A DNA stretch of 32,000 nt from Pasteurella multocida (GCF_900187275.1 NZ_LT906458.1:1680001-1712000), one strand, 5' to 3'; positions 19,602-28,017 are shown, counted from the first letter of the stretch. Numbers and translations: made by a program. Notes: generated by a model not told the origin, from the sequence alone.

Positions 19602-21116
19602 TTATGATTGTGCGCCACAAGCAAATGCCATGATACGCTCTTGATTAATGTCATCGCCTTCTAATTCACCCACGGTATAGCCCTCACGCATGACATAAAC
19701 GCGATCGCTCATACCCACAATTTCAGGCAACTCACTGGAAATCATTAAAATCGCGACCCCTTTCTTCGCCATTTCAATCATCATGCGATAAATTTCACTT
19801 TTCGCCCCGACATCCACACCGCGCGTTGGCTCGTCCATGATGAATAGCTTCGGTTCAATTGCCGCCCAGCGTGATAACAAGACTTTTTGTTGATTCCCAC
19901 CAGATAAGCCACTGACATTGACATTCGCACTCGGCACACGCATTTTCAATCCTTCAATCGCCGCTTGCGTGGTTTGCTTGCCTTTATTTTGGTCGATCAC
20001 TAACATCGTGGCATCACGCTCTAAAGTCGCCATCGTGACATTTTTGAGAATATTGAGATCTAAAAATAAGCCTTCTTCTTTACGGTTTTCTGGCAACAAG
20101 GCTACATGATGAGCGATCGCCTCTCGTGGTGAAGAAAAACTGATTTCACCGCCACTCAAATAGATTTTGCCTTTCGTTGCGCGTTTCACGCCGAAGAGTA
20201 AATGTGCGAGCTCAGAGCGTCCCGCGCCCACTAATCCAGACAATCCGACAATCTCACCGGCACGAATAACCAAAGAGGCATCTTTAAGTTTGTGTCCATC
20301 GGATAAATTTTCTACTCGTAGAACCTCTTCCCCAACAGGCACTTTCTCTTTATTAAATAAGTCAGTTAACGGGCGTCCTACCATCATCTGTACGAGAGTA
20401 GCGGAATCCAAGTTATCGCGGGTTAGAGAACCGACATACTTACCATCGCGTAGCACGCTAACACGGTCAGCAAGCTCATAAATTTCTGCCATACGGTGAC
20501 TGATATAAATGATCGCCATTCCCTCATCACGTAATTTTTTCACTAAGGCAAACAGTCGTTCCGTTTCACGAGAAGACAACGCCGCAGTCGGCTCATCCAT
20601 CACGAGAATACGACTTTTTCGATATAAGGCACGGGCAATTTCCACTTGTTGCTGTTCTGCGATCGTTAAAGATGAGACTTTTTGCGTCGCTAAAAACTGT
20701 GCGCCTAAACGATCAAGTACTTTCTGTGACTCTTCTGCCATGGTTTTACGATCGAGACCAAACAGAGTTTTAATCTCACAACCAAGAAAAATATTTTCTG
20801 CCACAGTTAAATTAGGTGAAAGGTGGATTTCTTGATAAATCAAGGTAATACCGGCTTTAATCGCATCTTTTGGCGAGGAAATAGGAAACGGTTCACCGTC
20901 AATTAAGATCTCACCCGCAGAAGCGGTGTACGCTCCAGCGAGAATTTTCATTAAGGTACTTTTACCCGCCCCATTTTCCCCCATCAATGCATGGATTTCA
21001 CCACGATAAATGGATAAATCCACATCTTGTAGCGCATAAAAAGTACCAAAGCGCTTGGCAATACCTTTCATTTCTAACAGAGGGCGAGCAGGTGGTGTTG
21101 AATTAACGTGCTCCAT
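19602..21116 (-). CDS. Monosaccharide ABC transporter ATP-binding protein (RbsA-like, two ABC domains)
   Basis: [14 protein letters not shown] Walker A, LSGGNQQK signature and duplicated domains. The start is placed at ATG 21116 (MEHVNS...). The 15-codon ORF-track extension to 21161 is unsupported; the exact start is uncertain. Confidence 0.88.
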   Translation of the reverse strand: MEHVNSTPPARPLLEMKGIAKRFGTFYALQDVDLSIYRGEIHALMGENGAGKSTLMKILAGAYTASAGEILIDGEPFPISSPKDAIKAGITLIYQEIHLSPNLTVAENIFLGCEIKTLFGLDRKTMAEESQKVLDRLGAQFLATQKVSSLTIAEQQQVEIARALYRKSRILVMDEPTAALSSRETERLFALVKKLRDEGMAIIYISHRMAEIYELADRVSVLRDGKYVGSLTRDNLDSATLVQMMVGRPLTDLFNKEKVPVGEEVLRVENLSDGHKLKDASLVIRAGEIVGLSGLVGAGRSELAHLLFGVKRATKGKIYLSGGEISFSSPREAIAHHVALLPENRKEEGLFLDLNILKNVTMATLERDATMLVIDQNKGKQTTQAAIEGLKMRVPSANVNVSGLSGGNQQKVLLSRWAAIEPKLFIMDEPTRGVDVGAKSEIYRMMIEMAKKGVAILMISSELPEIVGMSDRVYVMREGYTVGELEGDDINQERIMAFACGAQS

Positions 21117-21227
21117 CCGAAAAAATCCCTTGATAAAGTAAACATAGTCGCATTTAACCATAACAATATGAATGGAAAATGTTGAATCCCGTTCATAATT
21201 GTCATAATGATTTGTTTTTTCTCATTT

Positions 21228-21243
21228 TGAGAAAGAGATCACG
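21228..21243. promoter_or_regulatory. Weak CRP-like site upstream of the ABC transporter operon
   Basis: TGAGA-aagaga-TCACG has two mismatches to TGTGA-N6-TCACA. It lies about 115 bp upstream of the ATPase start in an AT-rich divergent region. Confidence 0.3.
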
Positions 21244-21409
21244 AAATTTCATTACGCTAGCATGCTTTTTAGCATATAAGGTGACATCCTTGACTTAATA
21301 TTATTCGCCATTAGTTTAAAGATTATCAATAATAAAGATGTTTATTCTCTAAAAATGAAAAGATATAATACACAACGTTTTGGTAAAAAATTAATTTTAA
21401 GGGAAAAGA

Positions 21410-22123
21410 ATGAAAACTATCTATCACTCAGCAAATAGTCGTGGTAATGCAGATCACGGTTGGTTAAAAAGCAAACACACTTTTAGTTTTGGTCATTACT
21501 ATGATCCTAGTCGTGTTAATTTCGGCGTATTAAGAGTTATTAATGATGACTTCGTTGAAGGGGGAATGGGATTTGGTACCCACCCACACAATAATATGGA
21601 AATTATTTCTATTCCATTAAGTGGAGATTTAGCGCATAAAGATAGCATGGGAAATGGCAGTATTATTCGCAATGGTGACATTCAAGTGATGTCTGCTGGT
21701 ACAGGGGTTACACACAGTGAAATGAATCCGAACGCTGATATCCCAGTAAAATTTTTACAAATTTGGGTTATCCCAAATAAACGCAATGTTGAGCCTCGCT
21801 ATCAACAAATTACAATTGCGGATAATGCAAAACCAAATGATTTCCAACAAATTCTATCACCAAATCCAGATGATGAAGGTGTTTGGATTCATCAAGATGC
21901 GTGGTTTTCGCTAGCAAAATTTGATAAAGGTATTGCTAAAAATTACTCTCTAAATAAAGCAGGTAATGGCGTGTATGCCTTTGTTATCAAAGGACAAGCG
22001 AATGTCGCAGGCATTGATCTCAATGAGCGTGATGGATTAGGTGTATGGGATACTAATAACCTAGATATCGTTGCATCAAGTGATGCTGAGATTTTACTTA
22101 TGGAAGTGCCAATGGAAGCCTAA
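21410..22123 (+). CDS. Pirin-family bicupin (YhhW-like, quercetinase-type)
   Basis: A 237-aa ORF. RG.A.HGWL.S.HTFSF..YYDP...F..LRVINDD....G.GFGTHPH..MEI and MSAGTG..HSE.NP align with E. coli YhhW. Confidence 0.9.
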   Translation: MKTIYHSANSRGNADHGWLKSKHTFSFGHYYDPSRVNFGVLRVINDDFVEGGMGFGTHPHNNMEIISIPLSGDLAHKDSMGNGSIIRNGDIQVMSAGTGVTHSEMNPNADIPVKFLQIWVIPNKRNVEPRYQQITIADNAKPNDFQQILSPNPDDEGVWIHQDAWFSLAKFDKGIAKNYSLNKAGNGVYAFVIKGQANVAGIDLNERDGLGVWDTNNLDIVASSDAEILLMEVPMEA

Positions 22124-22145
22124 TCCAACAATATATAATAACAAT

Positions 22146-22169
22146 CCGCCCGTAAAACGGGCGGTTTTT
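22146..22169 (+). terminator. Rho-independent terminator of the pirin gene
   Basis: ccgcccg (22146-22152), loop taaaa, cgggcgg (22158-22164), then T5. Confidence 0.85.
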
Positions 22170-22194
22170 AGGCCACCCTATAAGGGCCTAGTAC

Positions 22195-22222
22195 TTCACA
22201 TGCCCCTCAAGGGGCATGTGAA
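22195..22222. repeat. Perfect 12-bp hairpin in the IS200 right end (downstream of tnpA)
   Basis: ttcacatgcccc (22195-22206), loop tcaa, ggggcatgtgaa (22211-22222). Subterminal hairpins are the TnpA recognition structures in this family. Confidence 0.7.
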
Positions 22223-22251
22223 TTCTGACAACCGTTCAATAACTCTGTTGC

Positions 22252-22716
22252 CTACCCCTTAAAGGGGTCCATATATTCTTTCTTCGATAAATTATCCTGA
22301 ATCATATCTTCCTTTTCCTGATTTCGGATATATTCCTCTACAATTTTTGTATTTAAACCTACTGTACTTACATAATAGCCTTTCGCCCAAAAATTTCGAT
22401 TCCCATACTTATATTTCAAATTTGCATGTCTTTCAAATATCATTAGCGATGACTTACCTTTTAAATACCCCATAAAACTTGAAACGGCCAGTTTCGGAGG
22501 TATCCTTAACAGCATATGGATATGCTCTTTCATTGCATATGCCTCTATTATCTCTACATTCTTGTAGTGACATAATTGTCTTAGTATCCCTCCTATATCA
22601 ACTCGCAATTTTCCATAAATTGCTTTTCTCCTATACTTAGGGATAAAGACTATGTGGTACTTACAGTTCCATCTTGTGTGTGATAGACTTGAATCGTCAT
22701 TGGATTTACTTGCCAT
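22252..22716 (-). CDS. tnpA: IS200/IS605-family Y1 (HUH) transposase TnpA
   Basis: A 154-aa ORF with the HUH motif (EHIHMLL), the CKYHIVFIPKYRRK N-terminal signature and a C-terminal catalytic Tyr region (YYVSTVG...EEYIRNQ). Confidence 0.95.
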   Translation of the reverse strand: MASKSNDDSSLSHTRWNCKYHIVFIPKYRRKAIYGKLRVDIGGILRQLCHYKNVEIIEAYAMKEHIHMLLRIPPKLAVSSFMGYLKGKSSLMIFERHANLKYKYGNRNFWAKGYYVSTVGLNTKIVEEYIRNQEKEDMIQDNLSKKEYMDPFKG

Positions 22717-22721
22717 GACTT

Positions 22722-22773
22722 ATCCTCCTATATGTTGAATTTTGGTTGTCAGCCTTGTTCATTATAGGAGGAT
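22722..22773 (-). promoter_or_regulatory. SD-sequestering stem-loop in the tnpA 5' UTR
   Basis: atcctcctata (22722-22732) and tataggaggat (22763-22773) are perfect 11-bp inverted repeats. On the mRNA, the arm nearest the ATG carries the AGGAGGA Shine-Dalgarno. This is the same logic as the translational repression hairpin described for Salmonella IS200. Confidence 0.75.
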
Positions 22774-22807
22774 GTTTTGTTCTGCTCACCGCTTAAGCTT
22801 TTCTGTT

Positions 22808-22889
22808 CCATACGCAAAGCGTATGGTTTTTATAGCTAGACTTTGTCTAGCTATAATAAAAAACCTGAGACTGTGCTCAGGTTTTTTTT
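22808..22889. terminator. Array of three consecutive perfect hairpins at or near the IS200 left end
   Basis: A: ccatacgc-aaa-gcgtatgg followed by T5 (22808-22831). B: tatagctagac-ttt-gtctagctata (22831-22855). C: A-run, aacctgag-actgtg-ctcaggtt, T8 (22857-22889), a bidirectional terminator shape. Confidence 0.7.
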
Positions 22890-22957
22890 ATGCTATTACT
22901 CACTATAAGTTTGTTAATTTTTCTACTTTAGTTCCCAAAATAGCTTCCCTCTTCCTT

Positions 22958-22971
22958 TTGATCTATATCAA
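22958..22971. promoter_or_regulatory. Perfect FNR-type box upstream of hmp
   Basis: TTGAT-ctat-ATCAA matches the TTGAT-N4-ATCAA consensus exactly. Its centre is about 122 bp upstream of the hmp ATG. Confidence 0.6.
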
Positions 22972-23086
22972 AAATACTATTTATATACATCCAGCGAGGT
23001 ATAGAAACGACTTACTGAATTTATGTAAATTGAGCCAAAACCAAACCCGACCAAATAACTCAACTACTTATAACAAAGGAAGAAAA

Positions 23087-24241
23087 ATGTTAGATCAACA
23101 AACTCGTGACATTATTAAAGCAACTATTCCTGTATTAGAGCAACATGGTACAACTATCACTAATACTTTTTATCATAATATGTTTAACGCACATCCTGAA
23201 TTATTAAATGTTTTTAATAAGACTAACCAAAAACAAGGACGTCAACCAATGGCATTAGCAAGTACAGTTCTAGCAGCGGCGAAACATATTGATAATCTTA
23301 CTGTGATTTTACCGAATGTAATGCAAATTGGTCACAAACACCGAGCGCTTGAAATCAAACCTGAACATTATCCTATCGTTGGTGAAAACTTACTGAAAGC
23401 AATTAAAGTAGTATTAGGAGATGCTGCAACACCAGAAATTATCGATGCTTGGAAAAAAGCTTATGGAGTAATTGCAGATGTATTTATTAAAGTAGAACAA
23501 GAGATGTATGCTGCCGCTGCATGGGAAGGTTATAAGCCTTTTAAAGTGGTTGCTAAACGCGCTGTTTCTGATCAAATCACAGAATTTACTGTGCAGACAG
23601 ATTTCCCATTACCAATATTAAAAGCAGGTCAATATATTACTGTACGTGTACAACCAGAGGATGAAGTCAATACAGCATGGCGACATTATTCTCTCTGTTC
23701 AATGAACACTAGCAACGGACTAAAATTTGCTGTTAAGCGTGAAGGAAAGGGAGAAACAAAAGGTTTAGTATCACACTACTTACATGATCATGTACAAGTT
23801 GGCGACACTTTAGATTTTACTGCACCAGCAGGTGATTTTTTATTAGAACAAAATGATAAACCACTAGTACTGATCAGTGGTGGAGTAGGAATAACCCCAT
23901 TATTAGCAATGTTAGAAGAGCAAGTAAATCATAACTCACAGCGTGAAATTTGTTGGATTCACTCTTGTCGCAATAATGAAAATCACGCGTTTAAAGCAGA
24001 AGTTGAAGCTCTCTTACAACAAGCAGACAACACAGATTGTCACATTATTTATACTGCTGAACAATCACGTATTGATGCTGATTTCATTGCAAAACATATA
24101 CCACAAAATGCGAATATATATGTATGTGGATCAATCAACTTTATGGAAGGTATTATCGACTTATTAAAACGGCAAGGTTGGAATGAAAGTGATATTCACT
24201 TTGAGCCATTTGGACCTAAAATGAGTGTTGTTAGTGTTTAA
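23087..24241 (+). CDS. hmp: Flavohemoprotein (nitric oxide dioxygenase)
   Basis: A 384-aa product. Globin domain: [39 protein letters not shown](P)-binding ferredoxin-reductase domain: RHYSL, GGVGITP. The start is set at ATG 23087 with an AAAGGAAG SD. The 499-aa ORF-track version reads through IS200 and promoter DNA. Confidence 0.93.
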   Translation: MLDQQTRDIIKATIPVLEQHGTTITNTFYHNMFNAHPELLNVFNKTNQKQGRQPMALASTVLAAAKHIDNLTVILPNVMQIGHKHRALEIKPEHYPIVGENLLKAIKVVLGDAATPEIIDAWKKAYGVIADVFIKVEQEMYAAAAWEGYKPFKVVAKRAVSDQITEFTVQTDFPLPILKAGQYITVRVQPEDEVNTAWRHYSLCSMNTSNGLKFAVKREGKGETKGLVSHYLHDHVQVGDTLDFTAPAGDFLLEQNDKPLVLISGGVGITPLLAMLEEQVNHNSQREICWIHSCRNNENHAFKAEVEALLQQADNTDCHIIYTAEQSRIDADFIAKHIPQNANIYVCGSINFMEGIIDLLKRQGWNESDIHFEPFGPKMSVVSV

Positions 24242-24253
24242 CAAAATATCCTT

Positions 24254-24285
24254 GACCTACTTTAATATTAAGTAGGTCGTTTTTC
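24254..24285 (+). terminator. Rho-independent terminator after hmp
   Basis: gacctactt (24254-24262) pairs with aagtaggtc (24270-24278), followed by gtttttc. Confidence 0.8.
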
Positions 24286-24386
24286 TTTTCTCAATATAAA
24301 AAACACGACTCAATTCATATTTGTCATTTTTTTTTCGCCATTTATGCTTAAAATAATGGCAACCTAGTTCAAGTGCGGTCTAAAAA

Positions 24387-26972
24387 ATGAAAAATTGGAA
24401 AACATCTTTTTTTACTAAGCCTTACAGCGTACGCTTTCGTTTAATGCTGTTTTTGATCACCGCTATTTTTTTAATTGTTGTAATCAGTATGACAGCTATT
24501 ATTGGTTTAAATAGCACTTATCACTCACTCTCTAACTTACGTGATCGCTCACTTAACCAGATGTTTTCCTCAATGACCTTAGGGGTAAAAACCGCACAAA
24601 TTTCTACTTATGCAAAACGCCTTACTCAAACAACACGCGCTTTAGAGTATCAAGAAGAATCCAAAACCTTGGCACATCATGCTGAACAATTACAAATGCT
24701 CTTAACTCAAGCGAAGCAATCTACACCAGAGGACCAACGCTTTGCTAATATCATCTATCACATTGATTTACTGGGAAAAAGTGTACAAGACTTGCTATTA
24801 CAAACTCACCGACGTCATATTCTTAACACCACAATCATTAGTGAATTAAACCAAGGGTTGCTCCACATTCAGCATATTAAAAGACTGGAAAAAAATACCG
24901 CACTGCCAGAACAGATCCCTGCCACTTTTTTATCGCAGCTTAACCGTATGGAAAAATTAATTGAAGATGCCACCAAAAGTAATTTCTCGACGGGGATTTT
25001 TATCAGCATTGAGTCCAATTTCTTACTCTTCCCTGCAGTTGATTACTTAATCGACATTAACCAAGAACTGGATAAGCTCAAAGCCCTTTTCCCACAGTTG
25101 ATTGACAATGCTAAAGCCCTTGAAAAGATCAATTTACGCGTGCAATTCCTCACCTTCCAGATTGATGCTTTGGTGCAACAAATTAGCCAACAATATACAC
25201 AATTGGCGAAAGAAAAAGTGGACAGCGTGGATATTGATTCAGAACAAATTCAACAACGATTATCCACACTTACTTTGTCTATTTTGCTCTTTTCGTTATT
25301 TACGATTTTATTGATTATTATTCTAGGACAATACATTTATTCCTTGATCGGCAAACGCTTATATTCCATTACTGATGCGTTAAAACGCTTATCACAAGGC
25401 GATAAAAACGTGATGGTACCGCAACAACAAACCCAAGATGAAATTGGCGATTTAGCACGGACCTTTGATATTTTTCACCAAAATGTGCTGACCTTAGAGC
25501 AAACTGACTCATTATTAAAAGAAAAGAGTGAATTATTAGAGCACACGTTTTTAGCTATGCGCGACGGTCTCGCCATTTTTGACCAACAACTTAACTTAGT
25601 GTCTTACAACGCACAATTTAACACGCTACTAGGTGACTTTTTTACACACACCTCCCCATTAAGCTTACACACGCTGGTGGATTACTTTAATCATAAACAC
25701 GCTAAGGTAAGCGGCTGGGAACAACCAATTGATCTCGCCTTACTGAAACAAATTCGGCAAGCGGAAGATTTCCTTGAAATTGAATATTCACAGCAAGTAC
25801 TGGAATGGCGGGTTAGTCCATTAAAAGATGGACTAGTCATCTTTTTAATTGATCGTACACAACGCAAAAAATTAGAAAACGAAATTGCACACAGTCAAAA
25901 AATGCGAGCCATCGGTCACCTCACCGGTGGGATTGCGCATGATTTCAATAATTTCTTAGCTGTGATTATTGGTAATTTGGATTTAATTGATCCGCATGGG
26001 CTTGATGAACGCCAAGTCAAACGTCTACAGCGCGCCTTGAAAGCAGCAGAAAATAGCGCAACGCTGACACAACGCCTGTTAGCTTATGCGCGAAAACAAC
26101 CGTTACACCCTACAGTTTTAGATATTAATCAACTGGTGATTGAGTTTAATGATTTGATTAAACACACCATCCCCCCAACGATTAATGTACAACTCGAATT
26201 GGGCGAACATTTGCCTTTAGTCTATATTGATAAAAACCAGCTCGAAACCGCTTTAGTGAATTTAATTGTCAATGCGAAAGATGCACTCAATCACGAAGGT
26301 AATATCATCATTCGCAGCACACAATTAACAGTACAACGCGCTCATTGCCAAGAGGAGATGGTGCAACTCTCAATCATTGATGACGGTTGTGGGATGGATG
26401 AGCAAACACAAAAACGGGTATTTGAACCATTCTTCACCACCAAACAAAATGGTCGCGGAAGTGGCTTGGGCTTATCCATGGTCTATGGTTTTATCCGCCA
26501 GTCGAAAGGACGTGTACTGATTGAGTCCCAACCTGATCAAGGTACCGCTATTCATTTGCAATTGCCAATCGCACAACAAATACAAGATGTATCAGCGTTG
26601 ACATCCCAACCTCGTCTGAGCTGTGATACAGCATACCAGATTCTAGTAGTGGAAGATAAAGCCTGTGTACGCGAGACCCTGTCAGAACAATTACATGAAA
26701 TGGGCTACCAACCCGTTTTATGTGAGTCAGGTGAACAAGCTCTTGCCTTATTAGAACAAGGACTAACGATTGATTATTTACTCTCTGATATTATGTTATC
26801 CGGCAAATTAACTGGGGTAGATGTCGCAAAATGGGTAAAAACACACTTACCGCAAGTGAAGATCCTGTTGATGACAGGGCACACTGAGCAAAGAGAAAAA
26901 GCAGAACAATTCCCAGTCCTTGTCAAACCCTTTAAACAAGTAGAATTGCAGCAGAAACTCACCGCACTTTGA
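24387..26972 (+). CDS. Hybrid sensor histidine kinase: TM1, about 250-aa extracytoplasmic helical domain, TM2, HAMP, PAS, HisKA, HATPase_c, C-terminal REC; no HPt domain
   Basis: An 861-aa ORF. TM segments at about aa 19-41 and 295-321. H-box GGIAHDFNNFL (His518, codon at 25938). N/G boxes: LVNLIVNAKDAL, DDGCGMD, GSGLGLS. Receiver: ILVVEDK...LLSDIMLSG (Asp801, codon at 26787)...LVKPF. The ORF ends about 45 aa after the REC lysine. Confidence 0.9.
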   Translation: MKNWKTSFFTKPYSVRFRLMLFLITAIFLIVVISMTAIIGLNSTYHSLSNLRDRSLNQMFSSMTLGVKTAQISTYAKRLTQTTRALEYQEESKTLAHHAEQLQMLLTQAKQSTPEDQRFANIIYHIDLLGKSVQDLLLQTHRRHILNTTIISELNQGLLHIQHIKRLEKNTALPEQIPATFLSQLNRMEKLIEDATKSNFSTGIFISIESNFLLFPAVDYLIDINQELDKLKALFPQLIDNAKALEKINLRVQFLTFQIDALVQQISQQYTQLAKEKVDSVDIDSEQIQQRLSTLTLSILLFSLFTILLIIILGQYIYSLIGKRLYSITDALKRLSQGDKNVMVPQQQTQDEIGDLARTFDIFHQNVLTLEQTDSLLKEKSELLEHTFLAMRDGLAIFDQQLNLVSYNAQFNTLLGDFFTHTSPLSLHTLVDYFNHKHAKVSGWEQPIDLALLKQIRQAEDFLEIEYSQQVLEWRVSPLKDGLVIFLIDRTQRKKLENEIAHSQKMRAIGHLTGGIAHDFNNFLAVIIGNLDLIDPHGLDERQVKRLQRALKAAENSATLTQRLLAYARKQPLHPTVLDINQLVIEFNDLIKHTIPPTINVQLELGEHLPLVYIDKNQLETALVNLIVNAKDALNHEGNIIIRSTQLTVQRAHCQEEMVQLSIIDDGCGMDEQTQKRVFEPFFTTKQNGRGSGLGLSMVYGFIRQSKGRVLIESQPDQGTAIHLQLPIAQQIQDVSALTSQPRLSCDTAYQILVVEDKACVRETLSEQLHEMGYQPVLCESGEQALALLEQGLTIDYLLSDIMLSGKLTGVDVAKWVKTHLPQVKILLMTGHTEQREKAEQFPVLVKPFKQVELQQKLTAL

Positions 26973-26985
26973 GTTATCAAGCATA

Positions 26986-27019
26986 AAAAAATCCACTTTC
27001 TTAACAAAAGTGGATTTTT
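26986..27019. terminator. Bidirectional terminator shared by the kinase gene and speB
   Basis: aaaaatccacttt (26986-26999) pairs with aaagtggattttt (27007-27019). A and T runs are present on both sides. Confidence 0.8.
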
Positions 27020-27040
27020 CTTGCTCAAGAAAAAGGAATA

Positions 27041-27961
27041 TTAGCCTTTTTTCGCCCCTTGCATATACAGCATTTCTAGCGCCAACGTTGCACCTGCTAA
27101 AGCAGTAATGTCCGATTGATCATAGGCAGGAGAGACTTCAACCAAATCCATACCCACAATATTCACATCTTTCAAGGCACGTAAAATTTTCAATGCTTTG
27201 TCTGTGCTTAATCCACCACAGACTGGCGTACCGGTACCCGGTGCATAAGCAGGATCTAAACAATCGATATCAAAGGTTAAATAGACAGGTAAATCACCAA
27301 TTACCTCTTTGATTTTAGCAACAGTTTGTGCCACGCTATCCTCGTTGACTTGTGGCGCAGAAAGTACCGTAAATGGTAAGTTGCGATCAAATTCAGTACG
27401 AATACCAATTTGTACCGAATGGGCTGCATCAATTAACCCTTCGTTTGGCGCATGGTAAAACATGGTACCGTGATCATAACGACTGCCATTTTCATAGGTA
27501 TCCGTATGGGCATCAAAGTGAATCATCGCCAACTTACCAAAATGTTTTGCATGGGCACGTAATAAAGGCAAGGTAATGAAATGATCGCCACCAAAAGTTA
27601 AGCAACGCTTACCCGCTTTTAATAAAGCGGTTGCGTGCGCTTCTAATTCTTCTACGAAATTTTGGTTATCACCGAATGAATAAACTAAATCGCCACAATC
27701 CACGATCTTTAAACGCTCACGCACATCAAAATCCCATGGAAAGCGACAGTGTTCCCAAGCCAAATTCACCGACGCGCGACGAATAGCTTCCGCACCAAAA
27801 CGCGTTCCTGCGCGACCCGATACTGACGCATCAAACGGTACGCCAGTAATAATCCACTCTGCATCCGTTTCGACGGGATTAAAGTGAACAGGCAAGCGTA
27901 GAAAACCAAAATTATTTGAAACTAATGAAATATCTTCTTTATTGTTTAACGTATTGTACAT
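27041..27961 (-). CDS. speB: Agmatinase (ureohydrolase family)
   Basis: A 306-aa ORF with arginase-fold Mn-binding motifs ([30 protein letters not shown]), located directly downstream of speA. Confidence 0.93.
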   Translation of the reverse strand: MYNTLNNKEDISLVSNNFGFLRLPVHFNPVETDAEWIITGVPFDASVSGRAGTRFGAEAIRRASVNLAWEHCRFPWDFDVRERLKIVDCGDLVYSFGDNQNFVEELEAHATALLKAGKRCLTFGGDHFITLPLLRAHAKHFGKLAMIHFDAHTDTYENGSRYDHGTMFYHAPNEGLIDAAHSVQIGIRTEFDRNLPFTVLSAPQVNEDSVAQTVAKIKEVIGDLPVYLTFDIDCLDPAYAPGTGTPVCGGLSTDKALKILRALKDVNIVGMDLVEVSPAYDQSDITALAGATLALEMLYMQGAKKG

Positions 27962-27979
27962 AGTGATTCCTGTTGTCCT

Positions 27980-28017
27980 AAAGCGCGGTCTTTTTACAGA
28001 AACATAGACCGCACTTT
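27980..28017 (-). other. Intercistronic hairpin between speA and speB built from a degenerate USS and a perfect USS
   Basis: aaagcgcggtct (27980-27991) pairs with agaccgcacttt (28006-28017) at 11 of 12 positions. There is no clear T-run after it on the minus strand. Confidence 0.55.

Larger units (their letters stand above)
22170..22895 (-). mobile_element. IS200-type insertion sequence (IS200/IS605 family, tnpA only); the ends are approximate (+/- 25 bp)
   Basis: It contains a Y1 transposase gene flanked by structured non-coding ends. The total length of about 700-725 bp fits IS200-group elements. There are no terminal inverted repeats, as expected for this family. The exact termini cannot be fixed from one copy. 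Confidence 0.8.

Noticed and set aside
17861-20835. Several plus-strand ORFs of 63-108 aa across the ABC transporter operon
   Set aside because: All are antisense to confident transporter genes. The relatively GC-rich sequence gives long stop-free antisense frames. None has recognisable motifs.
20917-20925. agaagcggt, which resembles the Actinobacillus-type USS core (ACAAGCGGT)
   Set aside because: It is a single 8/9 match inside a coding region with no flanking AT-rich USS extension. It is not evidence of a different USS dialect.
22071-22262. 63-aa plus-strand ORF bridging the pirin 3' end and the IS200 right end
   Set aside because: It runs through the pirin terminator and the IS hairpin, and has no SD or homology.
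22761-22770. Perfect TATAAT on the minus strand inside the IS200 5' UTR (overlapping the anti-SD arm), considered as the tnpA promoter -10
   Set aside because: A transcript starting just downstream would lack the anti-SD arm. The matching -35 is poor (GTGAGC). Without mapping this is not supportable.
23018-23031. Near-palindrome aatttatgtaaatt upstream of hmp, considered as a possible NsrR operator
   Set aside because: From memory, the NsrR consensus contains ATGCAT-type half-sites, which this AT-only palindrome lacks. In such AT-rich DNA it could easily arise by chance. I cannot support the call.
22742-23086. N-terminal 115-codon extension of the hmp ORF, giving a 499-aa protein that starts inside IS200
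   Set aside because: The extension reads through the IS200 5' UTR, three hairpins and the FNR box, and encodes no recognisable domain. The globin domain starts at ATG 23087, which has a good SD.
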